Source of the DNA: an uncultured Chromatium sp.
GTDB taxonomy: Bacteria; Pseudomonadota; Gammaproteobacteria; Chromatiales; Chromatiaceae
Length of the DNA stretch: 59,754 nt
Direction of reading: 5' to 3'
NCBI GenBank assembly: GCA_903897335.1
Contig: CAIUAY010000034.1
Span: forward strand, 1-59,754
Both the position numbers and the translations under genes were made by a program. Position 1 is the first letter of the stretch, and each line of letters begins with the position of its first letter. Positions 1 to 8,325 of the stretch are shown one piece after another. Under the pieces are notes generated by a model that saw nothing but the letters and a program-made list of their open reading frames with translations, had not been told where the DNA came from and made no database searches.

Positions 1-444
1 TCATCGCTAGGGCGTTGTATACACTGCTCAGTGGCATCAAATATTAGCTCTTTATCTTCTCTGAATAAATCTTCAAAATCTTTTACAGTCAATAACTTAA
101 GTCTTGTCATGACACCTAAATCACCGAGCGTCTTCGCTAAAATTTTTAAGCCAATTTTTTTATTTCTTTTTGCATTCGAGCCATTCATCCCGCAAACAAT
201 TCCCAAAACATCATAGGTTAAACCCGACTTAAAACTAAACAAAGTAAAGAGTAATATGTCTTCTTCGCTTTCAATGCAATAGTCAATTTTTGTTTCAACT
301 TTTCTTTTATTTAACTCGGATTGATACGTTTCAAAATAAGCTTTTTTTGAAACAATTAAGCAAAATAAAAAATTGCTCTTTGCTTATACCAACAGTCGCT
401 CGCCGCTGCCTGTCTTGCTTTAAATCTAAAGTTGTCATTTTCAT
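1..444 (-). pseudogene. IS5-like (DDE_Tnp_4/HTH_Tnp_4 type) transposase, frameshifted and cut by the window edge
   Basis: Manual minus-strand translation. MKMTTLDLKQDRQRRATVGISKEQFFILLNCFKK ends at an A7 run (342-348). The +1 frame then continues without a stop to base 1: AYFETYQSE...LLFTLFSFKSGLTYDVLGIVCGMNGSNAKRN...LIFDATEQCIQRPSD. The DATEQxIQRP motif resembles the first DDE Asp region of this family. Strongly AT-rich relative to the host; not in the ORF track. Confidence 0.75.
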
Positions 445-514
445 TGCGCTGTTTCCGTGTTAACTAAAATGGCTTGGTATTTTATCGAAAATAAACTACG
501 TTAATTCAACTCTA
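1..514 (-). mobile_element. AT-rich IS element, left part
   Basis: Abrupt switch from AT-rich to GC-rich sequence at about 514; contains the transposase fragment. The second end is outside the window, so the terminal repeat cannot be confirmed. Confidence 0.6.
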
Positions 515-561
515 ATGACTCGACGATTGCGACATGAAGAAGCGTACAGTTTATGGAGCGA

Positions 562-1062
562 TCAGATGACGCTGGCGCTGGATTCTTCATCCCAGCCAGC
601 GAGCAGTCTGCGGATTCGTGCGATGGCTTCTGGCACGGACGCCTCGACCAGGGGTGTCAGGCGTTCACCCCAGCCGATGAACGCTGGTTCGATGCCAACC
701 AGCGCACGTCGGGCGGGAAGGGTGTCGGTGAGTCGCGCCATATCCATCAGATCCGACAGACTGATTTCATGAACGGTCTTGGCATGAGCCTTGAGCTGGC
801 GATCCATCGCATCACCCTCGAAGACGCGCACACTGCCGGGGGTAACGCCCATGGCAGCGGCATCCACAACGATCAAGCGCGAACAATCACCAATCGGTGC
901 CGCGAGCGTGAAGCTCAACGTGCCACCATCAATGAATCGCAGCAGTGAGTTGTGACTGGTTGCCGCTTCAAGTCGGCGGATCACTTCGGCACCAACGGCC
1001 TCGTCAGTCATGAGGACATTGCCGAGACCGAGAATTAATGTTTGGCGGTTCAGCTCGCTAAT
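562..1062 (-). CDS. [NiFe]-hydrogenase maturation endopeptidase (HyaD/HupD/HynD family)
   Basis: The frame extends upstream of the tracked Met to give TLILGLGNVLMTDEAVG; also IDGGT, IVVDA and TVHEISL motifs. Start uncertain: ATT at 1062-1060 behind an AGAAGGG SD-like sequence, or CTG at 1053. Confidence 0.9.
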   Translation of the reverse strand: MSELNRQTLILGLGNVLMTDEAVGAEVIRRLEAATSHNSLLRFIDGGTLSFTLAAPIGDCSRLIVVDAAAMGVTPGSVRVFEGDAMDRQLKAHAKTVHEISLSDLMDMARLTDTLPARRALVGIEPAFIGWGERLTPLVEASVPEAIARIRRLLAGWDEESSASVI

Positions 1063-1117
1063 TGGTAGCGCCCTTCTCTGTATGATTTCAAAACTGCGTT
1101 TGGGTTGAGAGAGTACT

Positions 1118-1150
1118 TGTCAAGTCTCGTGAGAGGATAGACCCGCTCTC
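1118..1150 (-). mobile_element. Degenerate IS481-like end remnant, copy 1
   Basis: Starts TGTCAAGTCTCGTGAGAGGATAGAC; the minus strand reads RVYPLTRLD; similar to the copy at 1257. Confidence 0.45.
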
Positions 1151-1256
1151 GAACTCACGGGGGAAACCTGGTCGATGTCTTGATCACTTCATCCTCTCAA
1201 AAGTTGGCACCTCTGAGAAATCCGGAGCGACTCATTACAAACAGCAGTCGCCTGAC

Positions 1257-1362
1257 TGTCAATTCCAGTAAGATGATAGACATGCTTTTTAAAGCGTTCG
1301 GGTGATTTCTGTTGCCAGTCCTTCAGTGCTTGAATCGGCAGCGCAACCTTTGCCTTGTGAGG
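1257..1362 (-). mobile_element. IS481-like transposase C-terminal remnant with TGT end, copy 2
   Basis: Minus strand reads PHKAKVALPIQALKDWQQKSPERFKKHVYHLTGID, resembling IS481-family C-termini; ends in a TGT terminus (TGTCAATTCCAGTAAGATGATAGAC). Confidence 0.6.
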
Positions 1363-1369
1363 AGCAGTC

Positions 1370-2575
1370 TTGACTGGAATCATTCACCACGCACTCGGGT
1401 TGCATCTGCACCAGCCTCCCGGCAATCTGCTTCTGCTGATCGAATCCAGCCCCAGGGAAGCGGAGGAAATCCTGCGCTGCTATGAGCGGGCGGTGCGTTA
1501 TGCCATGCAGTACCGGGACGTGGCACGGCTGCATATCGGTTTCTCTGGAGTGCTGCTGGAACAACTGCTCGACCCCAAAGTCGTTGACCGCTACCGCCAT
1601 CTTGTCGATATTCCAGCCATGCTCAATCAGTATCGGGAGGCTGATCATATCGAGCTGATTGGGATGGGTTACTATCATCCGATCTTCCCACTGATCCCAC
1701 GCACGGACTGGCTTGAACAACTTGAACTCGGACGTGACATCATGTCGCGGATATTTGGACGCACTCCCCGTGGCTTTTGGCCACCCGAAATGGCGTTCAC
1801 GATGGAGATGATTCCTGCCCTGGTGCAGGCGGGTTATGACTATGTCGTCGTTGATGGCGTGCATGTGCGTCCCGAGGATGGCATCAGCGATATCTTTCGA
1901 CCCTATATCGCCTGTCACGATGGAGTGAGCATTACCGTGGTGCCGCATGACCGGGAGGTCTCCACGGCACAGGAGGGCGGCTTAAACCTGGAATGGTTTC
2001 AGGATGAGGTGTGTCGGCGTGTCGCTAGTTCGCCACGCCCCCACGAACCGCGACTGGTGACGACTTGGTCAGATGGCGAAAATGGCGGCTGGTTTCGCCA
2101 GACCGATGAACCTTCAGGTTTTTTTGGCCATTTTTTCGCGCCTTACATGGAACGCTGCCGGACTGACAGCACGCCGGTCAAGCCGGTTGGGCTGACGCAG
2201 TATCTCGCCGACGTTCGCTCGCTGTCGCAGGCGCAGGTTCAGACTGGTGCCTGGAATGTTGGGTCGCCTGAGCATGCTGATTTTGCACAATGGGTTGGCA
2301 CCGAGCGTCAGCGTCAGTCGCTCAGGGATGTGCAACAGCTCAGCGAACGTTACTGGAACCTGTGCCGTCGTCTGCCGTTTCCCCTCGCGGATGCCTCGCT
2401 GCGCCATGCCCGCCACCTGATTCTGGCGGCTCAAACCAGTTGTTTTCTGGTTTGGGCTGATGCCTGGATGCCACATTTTGATGCTCGCGTCAGGCTGGCT
2501 CAAAATGTCTTGCAAACGGTCGAGGCACGTGTCTCCACGAAAGACTCCATGGCAGGTGGAACGCCTGCACACTGA
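1370..2575 (+). CDS. Glycoside hydrolase family 57 protein
   Basis: HLHQP, YYHPIFP, FWPPEMA (Glu nucleophile region) and WSDGENG (Asp acid/base region); TTG start after GAGGAG. Confidence 0.88.
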   Translation: MTGIIHHALGLHLHQPPGNLLLLIESSPREAEEILRCYERAVRYAMQYRDVARLHIGFSGVLLEQLLDPKVVDRYRHLVDIPAMLNQYREADHIELIGMGYYHPIFPLIPRTDWLEQLELGRDIMSRIFGRTPRGFWPPEMAFTMEMIPALVQAGYDYVVVDGVHVRPEDGISDIFRPYIACHDGVSITVVPHDREVSTAQEGGLNLEWFQDEVCRRVASSPRPHEPRLVTTWSDGENGGWFRQTDEPSGFFGHFFAPYMERCRTDSTPVKPVGLTQYLADVRSLSQAQVQTGAWNVGSPEHADFAQWVGTERQRQSLRDVQQLSERYWNLCRRLPFPLADASLRHARHLILAAQTSCFLVWADAWMPHFDARVRLAQNVLQTVEARVSTKDSMAGGTPAH

Positions 2576-3657
2576 TGTCGGCTAGACAACCTCCGCAGCG
2601 GATCAGCGAAGACCCCGAGGAAACACGACCCCCGGACGCCGCTTACGCGCCGAGTCCAGATTCGCTGGCACCCGATCTGGCCGCGCCGACAGTACCGCTT
2701 GATCCCAATTTTCCGCTTGCGGTCGATGCGACCCAGCTTGTCCTCTACGCTGGCATACCTGGCGAGGTCTGGGCGCGCTGGCATCTACAGCCTGATGCGT
2801 ATCACAGCATCAGTCATGAATTTCCGCTGGACGGTGGAGTCCCGACGCTGCTGCTGCGATTGCGGCAACGGCGTGATGATGGCAGTGCCGAAGTGACCGA
2901 TGAGACGCGGCTGCAATTCTCGTCGCGTCAAGGCGATGGGAGCGTCAAATTCAGTGTCGGGCAGGCATCAACATGGATTGAGAGCGATCTTGGCCTGGTC
3001 AACGGCGCTGGTGGCTGGCTGTTGCTGACGCGCTCAAACCGACTAGAGTCAGCGTCCAGTCTCGGACTGGCGCTACCGATTGCTACGGATGCCCGGAGCG
3101 TCGCACCTGAGGTGGAATCCTCCTCACGCCAGACGGCGCTCCCCGCATTGATCAGCGATGCCATCATTCTGGCATCCGATCCGACGCTCGCCCCACCGCT
3201 CAGCGAACTCGTGCCCGTTTTTCCATTGTCCGGAGTGCTTGGCAGGTGTCCTGATGACAGGCTCGACGTGACATCTCCCAGCGACCTGTCGCCAGATGCC
3301 GCATCCGGTCAGGCATCAGTCCCCGGCACCAAGGGGGCGGATCACGCTAACTCAAACCTCGATCCATCAGGTATCGCCCACGCGGGCAAGTCAGTGGATG
3401 CCGGGACAACCACCCACATTCCGACACTCCGCTATGGTGAACCAGCCTCCCGAGGTGATGGTCTGTGGATTGAAGCTGAACTGCGCATTCACGGCTGGGC
3501 TGCGCCGAATACCCTGATCGATCTTTTTGGACACCGCTATCGCGTCGGTGCGGGCGGACGCTTTCAGTTTCTGCTCAAGGTCGATGATCCTGATCTGTTA
3601 CAGCAGGCATTGATGCTCCATCCCCCACCGGAACTGAATGATCCGCGCAATGAGTGA
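2575..3657 (+). CDS. DUF4912-like domain protein
   Basis: Overlaps the GH57 stop. Has a WARWHL...LLLTRSN beta-rich domain, a Pro/Ser/Ala-rich linker and a C-terminal ELRIHGWAAPNTLIDLFGH module. Family recalled from motif and context. Confidence 0.6.
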   Translation: MSARQPPQRISEDPEETRPPDAAYAPSPDSLAPDLAAPTVPLDPNFPLAVDATQLVLYAGIPGEVWARWHLQPDAYHSISHEFPLDGGVPTLLLRLRQRRDDGSAEVTDETRLQFSSRQGDGSVKFSVGQASTWIESDLGLVNGAGGWLLLTRSNRLESASSLGLALPIATDARSVAPEVESSSRQTALPALISDAIILASDPTLAPPLSELVPVFPLSGVLGRCPDDRLDVTSPSDLSPDAASGQASVPGTKGADHANSNLDPSGIAHAGKSVDAGTTTHIPTLRYGEPASRGDGLWIEAELRIHGWAAPNTLIDLFGHRYRVGAGGRFQFLLKVDDPDLLQQALMLHPPPELNDPRNE

Positions 3658-3687
3658 GAACCGGCAACCACGACGGAGACTGAGTGC

Positions 3688-5163
3688 ATGTATATCGCCA
3701 TGGTGAGCGCCGAGTGTGCGCCCATCGCAAAAGCAGGCGGACTTGGCGACTTTGTTCAGGGCCTATCCCGTGAACTGGTCAGGCGCGGTGAAACAGTCGA
3801 GGTCTTTCTGCCGAACTATGACGTGCTGCGCCTGGAGTCCATGACCGGCCTGCACGAGGTCTATGCGGATCTGCCGGTTCCCTTCCATGACCAGCGGCTG
3901 ACCTGTCGAGTGCTGAGTGGCGAGCTGGCGGGCGTTCGCTGTCTGTTCATCGATCCACGACCGCCGTGCGATTTTTTCCGGCGTGGCCGGATCTATGGCG
4001 AAGCAGACGACCCGGAGCGCTTTGCCTGGTTTGCCCGCGCCGTGCTGGAATTCATGCTCAGATCGGGGCGGCAGCCGGACATCCTGCACTGCCAGGACTG
4101 GCACACCGGACTGGTGCCAGTGCTGTTGTTCGAGCTGTACCAGGCGCTTGGACTGCGTCATACCCGGGTCTGTTTTACCCTGCACAACCTCGGCTATCAG
4201 GGACAGGTCGGCGAACACATCCTGCGTCAGGTCGGGCTTGATCCGTCGCGTCTGATGGTGCCGGAGCGACTGCGCGACCCACAGGATTCACGGTTGGCGA
4301 ATCTGCTTAAAGGCGGCATCGTGTACGCGAATTTTGTCAATACAGTCTCGCCGCGCTATGCCTGGGAAATCCAGAATACTGAACAGGGCATGGGGCTACA
4401 GCCGCTGCTGAAGATCCATGCGCACAAGTTTGGCGGAGTACTGAATGGCATCGACGACCAGGTCTGGAATCCCGAATCTGATCCCCTGATTCCGGCTAAT
4501 TTTGGGCTGGAGACGCTTCCGCGCAAGGCGCTCAACCGTCAGGCATTGCGCCAGCGTCTGGGTCTGCAGGATGCAGACAAGCCGATTCTGGCGATCATCA
4601 GCCGACTGGATGATCAGAAAGGCGTCGATCTGATGACGCATGGCATCCACTACGCACTCGCGCATGACAGTCAGGTGGTACTGCTCGGCACGGCACTCGA
4701 TCCGGCCATCGCCGAACGCTTTGCGCGGTTGAAACAGGCAACGGGAGCCAACCCCGACTGTCATCTTGAACTCGGCTACGACGAGACGCTGGCGCATCTG
4801 ATCTATGCTGGTGCCGATCTGCTCCTGATCCCCAGCCGCTACGAACCTTGCGGACTGACCCAGATGATTGCGATGAACTATGGCGTCGTGCCCATCGTGC
4901 GGCGCGTTGGCGGTCTGGCAGATACTGTTTTCGATGCCAATTATTCCGATCAACCCTTTGAGGTGCGCAATGGCTATGTTTTCGATGACATGACGGATGC
5001 AGGACTGGAGAGCGCCATGACCCGTGCCCTGGGTCTCTGGCGGGGCTATCCTGAATATTTCCGGCAGCTACGGGTCAACGGGATGCGCACCGATCTGTCC
5101 TGGCGAATACCCGCCCAGCAGTATCTTGACATTTACACGCACATTCGTTCACAGCCAGCCTGA
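3688..5163 (+). CDS. glgA: Glycogen/starch synthase (GT5)
   Basis: KAGGLGD, HCQDWHT, TLHNL, VSPRYA, SRLDDQKG and PSRYEPCGLTQ motifs. Confidence 0.93.
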   Translation: MYIAMVSAECAPIAKAGGLGDFVQGLSRELVRRGETVEVFLPNYDVLRLESMTGLHEVYADLPVPFHDQRLTCRVLSGELAGVRCLFIDPRPPCDFFRRGRIYGEADDPERFAWFARAVLEFMLRSGRQPDILHCQDWHTGLVPVLLFELYQALGLRHTRVCFTLHNLGYQGQVGEHILRQVGLDPSRLMVPERLRDPQDSRLANLLKGGIVYANFVNTVSPRYAWEIQNTEQGMGLQPLLKIHAHKFGGVLNGIDDQVWNPESDPLIPANFGLETLPRKALNRQALRQRLGLQDADKPILAIISRLDDQKGVDLMTHGIHYALAHDSQVVLLGTALDPAIAERFARLKQATGANPDCHLELGYDETLAHLIYAGADLLLIPSRYEPCGLTQMIAMNYGVVPIVRRVGGLADTVFDANYSDQPFEVRNGYVFDDMTDAGLESAMTRALGLWRGYPEYFRQLRVNGMRTDLSWRIPAQQYLDIYTHIRSQPA

Positions 5164-5184
5164 TCGCTTTACCGAGTCTTTGCC

Positions 5185-6027
5185 ATGAACAGCCCGATAC
5201 CAAACGCACTGCAACCACCCTGGATCATGGGCATTCTGAATGTCACCCCAGACAGTTTTTCGGACGGCGGTCGCTATCTCGATATCGAGGCGGCTGTTGC
5301 GCAGGGTCTCACCATGCGCGATCAGGGCGCGGACATCATCGACTTAGGTGCAGAGTCAACCCGCCCCGGATCACAGCCAGTGCCTGCCGCCGAACAGGAA
5401 CGGCGGGTGCTGGATGTCATCCGCCGACTGCGTGAACAGATACCACCAACGGTTCCGTTCAGCATCGACACCACCTCGGCACAGGTTGCTGAAGCCGCGC
5501 TGAATGCTGGCGCCAACTGGATCAACGATACCTCGGCGGGATGTGATGACCCAGAAATGCTATCGCTGGCCGCCGAACGCGGCGCACCCATCGTGCTGAT
5601 GCATCGTCGCTCACATGACATGCAGGCCGCGCCGCAGTATACGGATGTCGTGCGCGAGGTCATCGGGCATCTGGCAGACCGTGTAGAGGCAGCACTTGCG
5701 GCAGGCGTGGCGGCAGAACAGATCCTGCTCGATCCAGGAATCGGATTTGGAAAGCGTCTGGAACACAATCTGGCGCTGATGGCCGGACTTGGTGAGCTGG
5801 TTGATCTCGGATTTCCGGTGCTACTTGGCACCAGCCGCAAGCGTTTTCTGGGAACAGTCTGTGGCGGACTGGAACCATCCGCGCTGATGCCTGCGACCAG
5901 CGCGACGACCGCCATCGGCGTGATGGCTGGGGTTCAGGTGTTCCGGGTGCATGATGTGGCAGGAAATCGTCAGGCGGCGGATGTCGCCTGGGCGGTACGA
6001 TCAGGGACGCAGCGTGAATCTGACTGA
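5185..6027 (+). CDS. folP: Dihydropteroate synthase
   Basis: MGILNVTPDSFSDGG, GAESTRPG, DPGIGFGK, GTSRKRF and RVHDV motifs. Confidence 0.96.
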   Translation: MNSPIPNALQPPWIMGILNVTPDSFSDGGRYLDIEAAVAQGLTMRDQGADIIDLGAESTRPGSQPVPAAEQERRVLDVIRRLREQIPPTVPFSIDTTSAQVAEAALNAGANWINDTSAGCDDPEMLSLAAERGAPIVLMHRRSHDMQAAPQYTDVVREVIGHLADRVEAALAAGVAAEQILLDPGIGFGKRLEHNLALMAGLGELVDLGFPVLLGTSRKRFLGTVCGGLEPSALMPATSATTAIGVMAGVQVFRVHDVAGNRQAADVAWAVRSGTQRESD

Positions 6028-6071
6028 CCAAATCATCGCAACATCCCGTAATCCGACGGGTTTATGATCCG

Positions 6072-7631
6072 TCAGGATGACTTGCGTTCACCATTTATCC
6101 GTTTGTCGCCACAGGGAACATAGCCGGCGGTGGGCAACGGCGTGGTTTTCAGCGCCTGACTTAGGGTTTCGCAGATAGTGCGCAGCACCTTGATCCGTGC
6201 GTAGGGTTTGTCATTGCCTTCGACGAGTGTCCAGGCGGCGTGCCGTGTGCTGGTGCGCCCGACCATCTCGTTGACGGCATCTCTGTACTGCGGCCATTTC
6301 TCGCGGTTGCGCCAGTCGTCTTCAGTGATCTTGTAACGCTTGTAGGGAACGTTTTCACGATCCTTAAAACGTTTGAGCTGTTCATCCTGGCTGATGTGCA
6401 GCCAGAACTTGAGCAGAATAATGCCGCTGTCAACGAGCTGTTCTTCAAAGCGATTGATTTCAGAATAGGCGCGCCGCCACTCGGCATCGCTGGCAAAACC
6501 CTCGACCCGTTCCACCAGTACCCGACCATACCAGGAGCGGTCATAGATCGTGATGTAGCCTGCACGCGGGATGTGTCGCCAGAAGCGCCAGAGATAATGG
6601 TGCGCTTTTTCCTCGTCGGTGGGTGCGGCGACCGGGATGGCGCGGTAAAGACGGGCATCGATGCTGTTGGTAATGCGCCGGATTGCGCCACCTTTGCCGC
6701 CGGCATCGACGCCCTCGAACATCAGCACCGTCGAGCGCCTGCTGTTGTAGGCCATCCAGGCGAGTTCGTTGATTTCGGTTTCCAGCCGTTTCAGTTCACG
6801 CTTGTAGTCGTCACGCGACAGTGACCGCGATAAATCAAGCTGGTCGAGCACAGTGATCTGGGCACTCAGGCTACTTGGCAGATCCGGACTAACCAGACTG
6901 TTCTGAGGTTCCTCGGTGCCGGACTCTGCAAGCCGCGAGCGAATGGCATGGAGGAGCGTCTTGCCCACAGTGAGATCACGGTAACGGCGGTCGCCTGCTT
7001 CGATCAGATACCAGGGCGAGATGCCACGATCAGTGTGCAGAATGACACGTTCGGCGACCTGTTCGAAGGCGGCATAATGTTCAGAGAATTTGCTCTTGTC
7101 GGGCAGCATCTTCCAGCGACTGCGATCATCGCGTGAGAGTTCTTTGAGCCGCGCCTTCTGAACCGACTCCGACATGTGGAACCAGAACTTGACAACTAGG
7201 GCGCCGTCCAGGGTCAGCATCCGTTCAAAATCGACGATGTTATTCAGCTCGCCGTCCAACTCGGCATCGGTGCAGTCGCCCCGGAAACGATGCTCAATCG
7301 GTGTTTGATACCAGCCACCAAATAGGATCGAGATCGCGCCACGCGGCGGCAGCCCCCGCCAGAAACGCCAGTAACGCGGACGCTCGCGCTCTTCGTCGGA
7401 CTCATCCCAGAAGGCAAAGACCTGCACCCCACGCGCATCCAGCCATTCATTGAGGCGATTCACGACTTCGCCTTTTCCGGCCGCCTCGATACCCGACATC
7501 AGGACGATGACCGGCACATTCGATGCCCGCAGATCACGTTGCACCGCCAGCAACTGGGTTCGCAGTTCTTCCTGTTGCTCTTTGTAATCCGCTTTGCTGA
7601 CCGAACGGCCAACCTTGGTTGCCTCGAACAT
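6072..7631 (-). CDS. pap: Polyphosphate:AMP phosphotransferase (two-domain PPK2)
   Basis: Two PPK2 domains (GIEAAGKG; EGVDAGGKGG, DRSWYGRVLVERV); start at MFEATKVG. Confidence 0.92.
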   Translation of the reverse strand: MFEATKVGRSVSKADYKEQQEELRTQLLAVQRDLRASNVPVIVLMSGIEAAGKGEVVNRLNEWLDARGVQVFAFWDESDEERERPRYWRFWRGLPPRGAISILFGGWYQTPIEHRFRGDCTDAELDGELNNIVDFERMLTLDGALVVKFWFHMSESVQKARLKELSRDDRSRWKMLPDKSKFSEHYAAFEQVAERVILHTDRGISPWYLIEAGDRRYRDLTVGKTLLHAIRSRLAESGTEEPQNSLVSPDLPSSLSAQITVLDQLDLSRSLSRDDYKRELKRLETEINELAWMAYNSRRSTVLMFEGVDAGGKGGAIRRITNSIDARLYRAIPVAAPTDEEKAHHYLWRFWRHIPRAGYITIYDRSWYGRVLVERVEGFASDAEWRRAYSEINRFEEQLVDSGIILLKFWLHISQDEQLKRFKDRENVPYKRYKITEDDWRNREKWPQYRDAVNEMVGRTSTRHAAWTLVEGNDKPYARIKVLRTICETLSQALKTTPLPTAGYVPCGDKRINGERKSS

Positions 7632-7752
7632 GGATGCGAGTCTCGTCAAAAAAAGATAACGTGTAGCGGAATCGAAAATGATCTCGCGGCATCTGTCATT
7701 GTCTGACGCCAGCACCGAGTGTCGTCACTCCGGGGCGTCCTACTCGGCCGCG

Positions 7753-8142
7753 TCAATGGGTTGACGCCCGGATGGCCTCATCGCGGGTATAGAAGACACC
7801 ATCGCGGATGAAGCCCGAAATGATCCCGGCGCTAGTCTCGATGACACGCCCCTGCGCATCCCGACGGATGACCCAGGCGTCTGGCAGGCCATCCAGAACA
7901 TGCACCGGCGCGAGACTGCCATCGCTAAAACGCGACAGCACCGACTCACCGCTGGCAAGGTTCAGATAACCGGGACAGAACCCGCCTGAACGGTTGCACT
8001 GGCTGATCCCCTGGGTCTTGGCATACAGCCGGTTTTCATCGTGCAGTGACAGCACAGTCAGTACGCCATGGAGCCGGACGGCGCGTTCCCGCTCCTGGTG
8101 ATCCTCGCTGACGGACAGCGTCTGAAGTGGTTTGGCGTACAT
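7753..8142 (-). CDS. Hypothetical protein (~129 aa)
   Basis: GAGGTG SD upstream of ATG 8142; protein-like sequence containing SRFSDGSLAPVHVLDGLPDAWV and GFIRDGVFYTR. Confidence 0.75.
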   Translation of the reverse strand: MYAKPLQTLSVSEDHQERERAVRLHGVLTVLSLHDENRLYAKTQGISQCNRSGGFCPGYLNLASGESVLSRFSDGSLAPVHVLDGLPDAWVIRRDAQGRVIETSAGIISGFIRDGVFYTRDEAIRASTH

Positions 8143-8325
8143 CTCGACACCTCGGTTACATCTGGCTTTGCCATGATGGATGCATCTTCTGCACCAACTG
8201 TTACAACGCTGATTCTGGCGTGACATGCGCCACGGCGTTATTGACTTAACGGCAAACTGACGGGTTCCAGTACCAGTACCCTGAGGCCGCAATCCGGCCA
8301 GCGGCAGGGATCTAGAAAACGGCGA

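Noticed and set aside
31-216. 61-aa plus-strand ORF
   Set aside because: Antisense to the transposase fragment.
1189-1383. 64-aa ORF as a real gene
   Set aside because: Best explained as an IS481-like C-terminal remnant with incidental start and stop.
7693-7710. CTGTCAT Pho-box half-site upstream of pap
   Set aside because: The second half-site is poor and not at 11-bp spacing.
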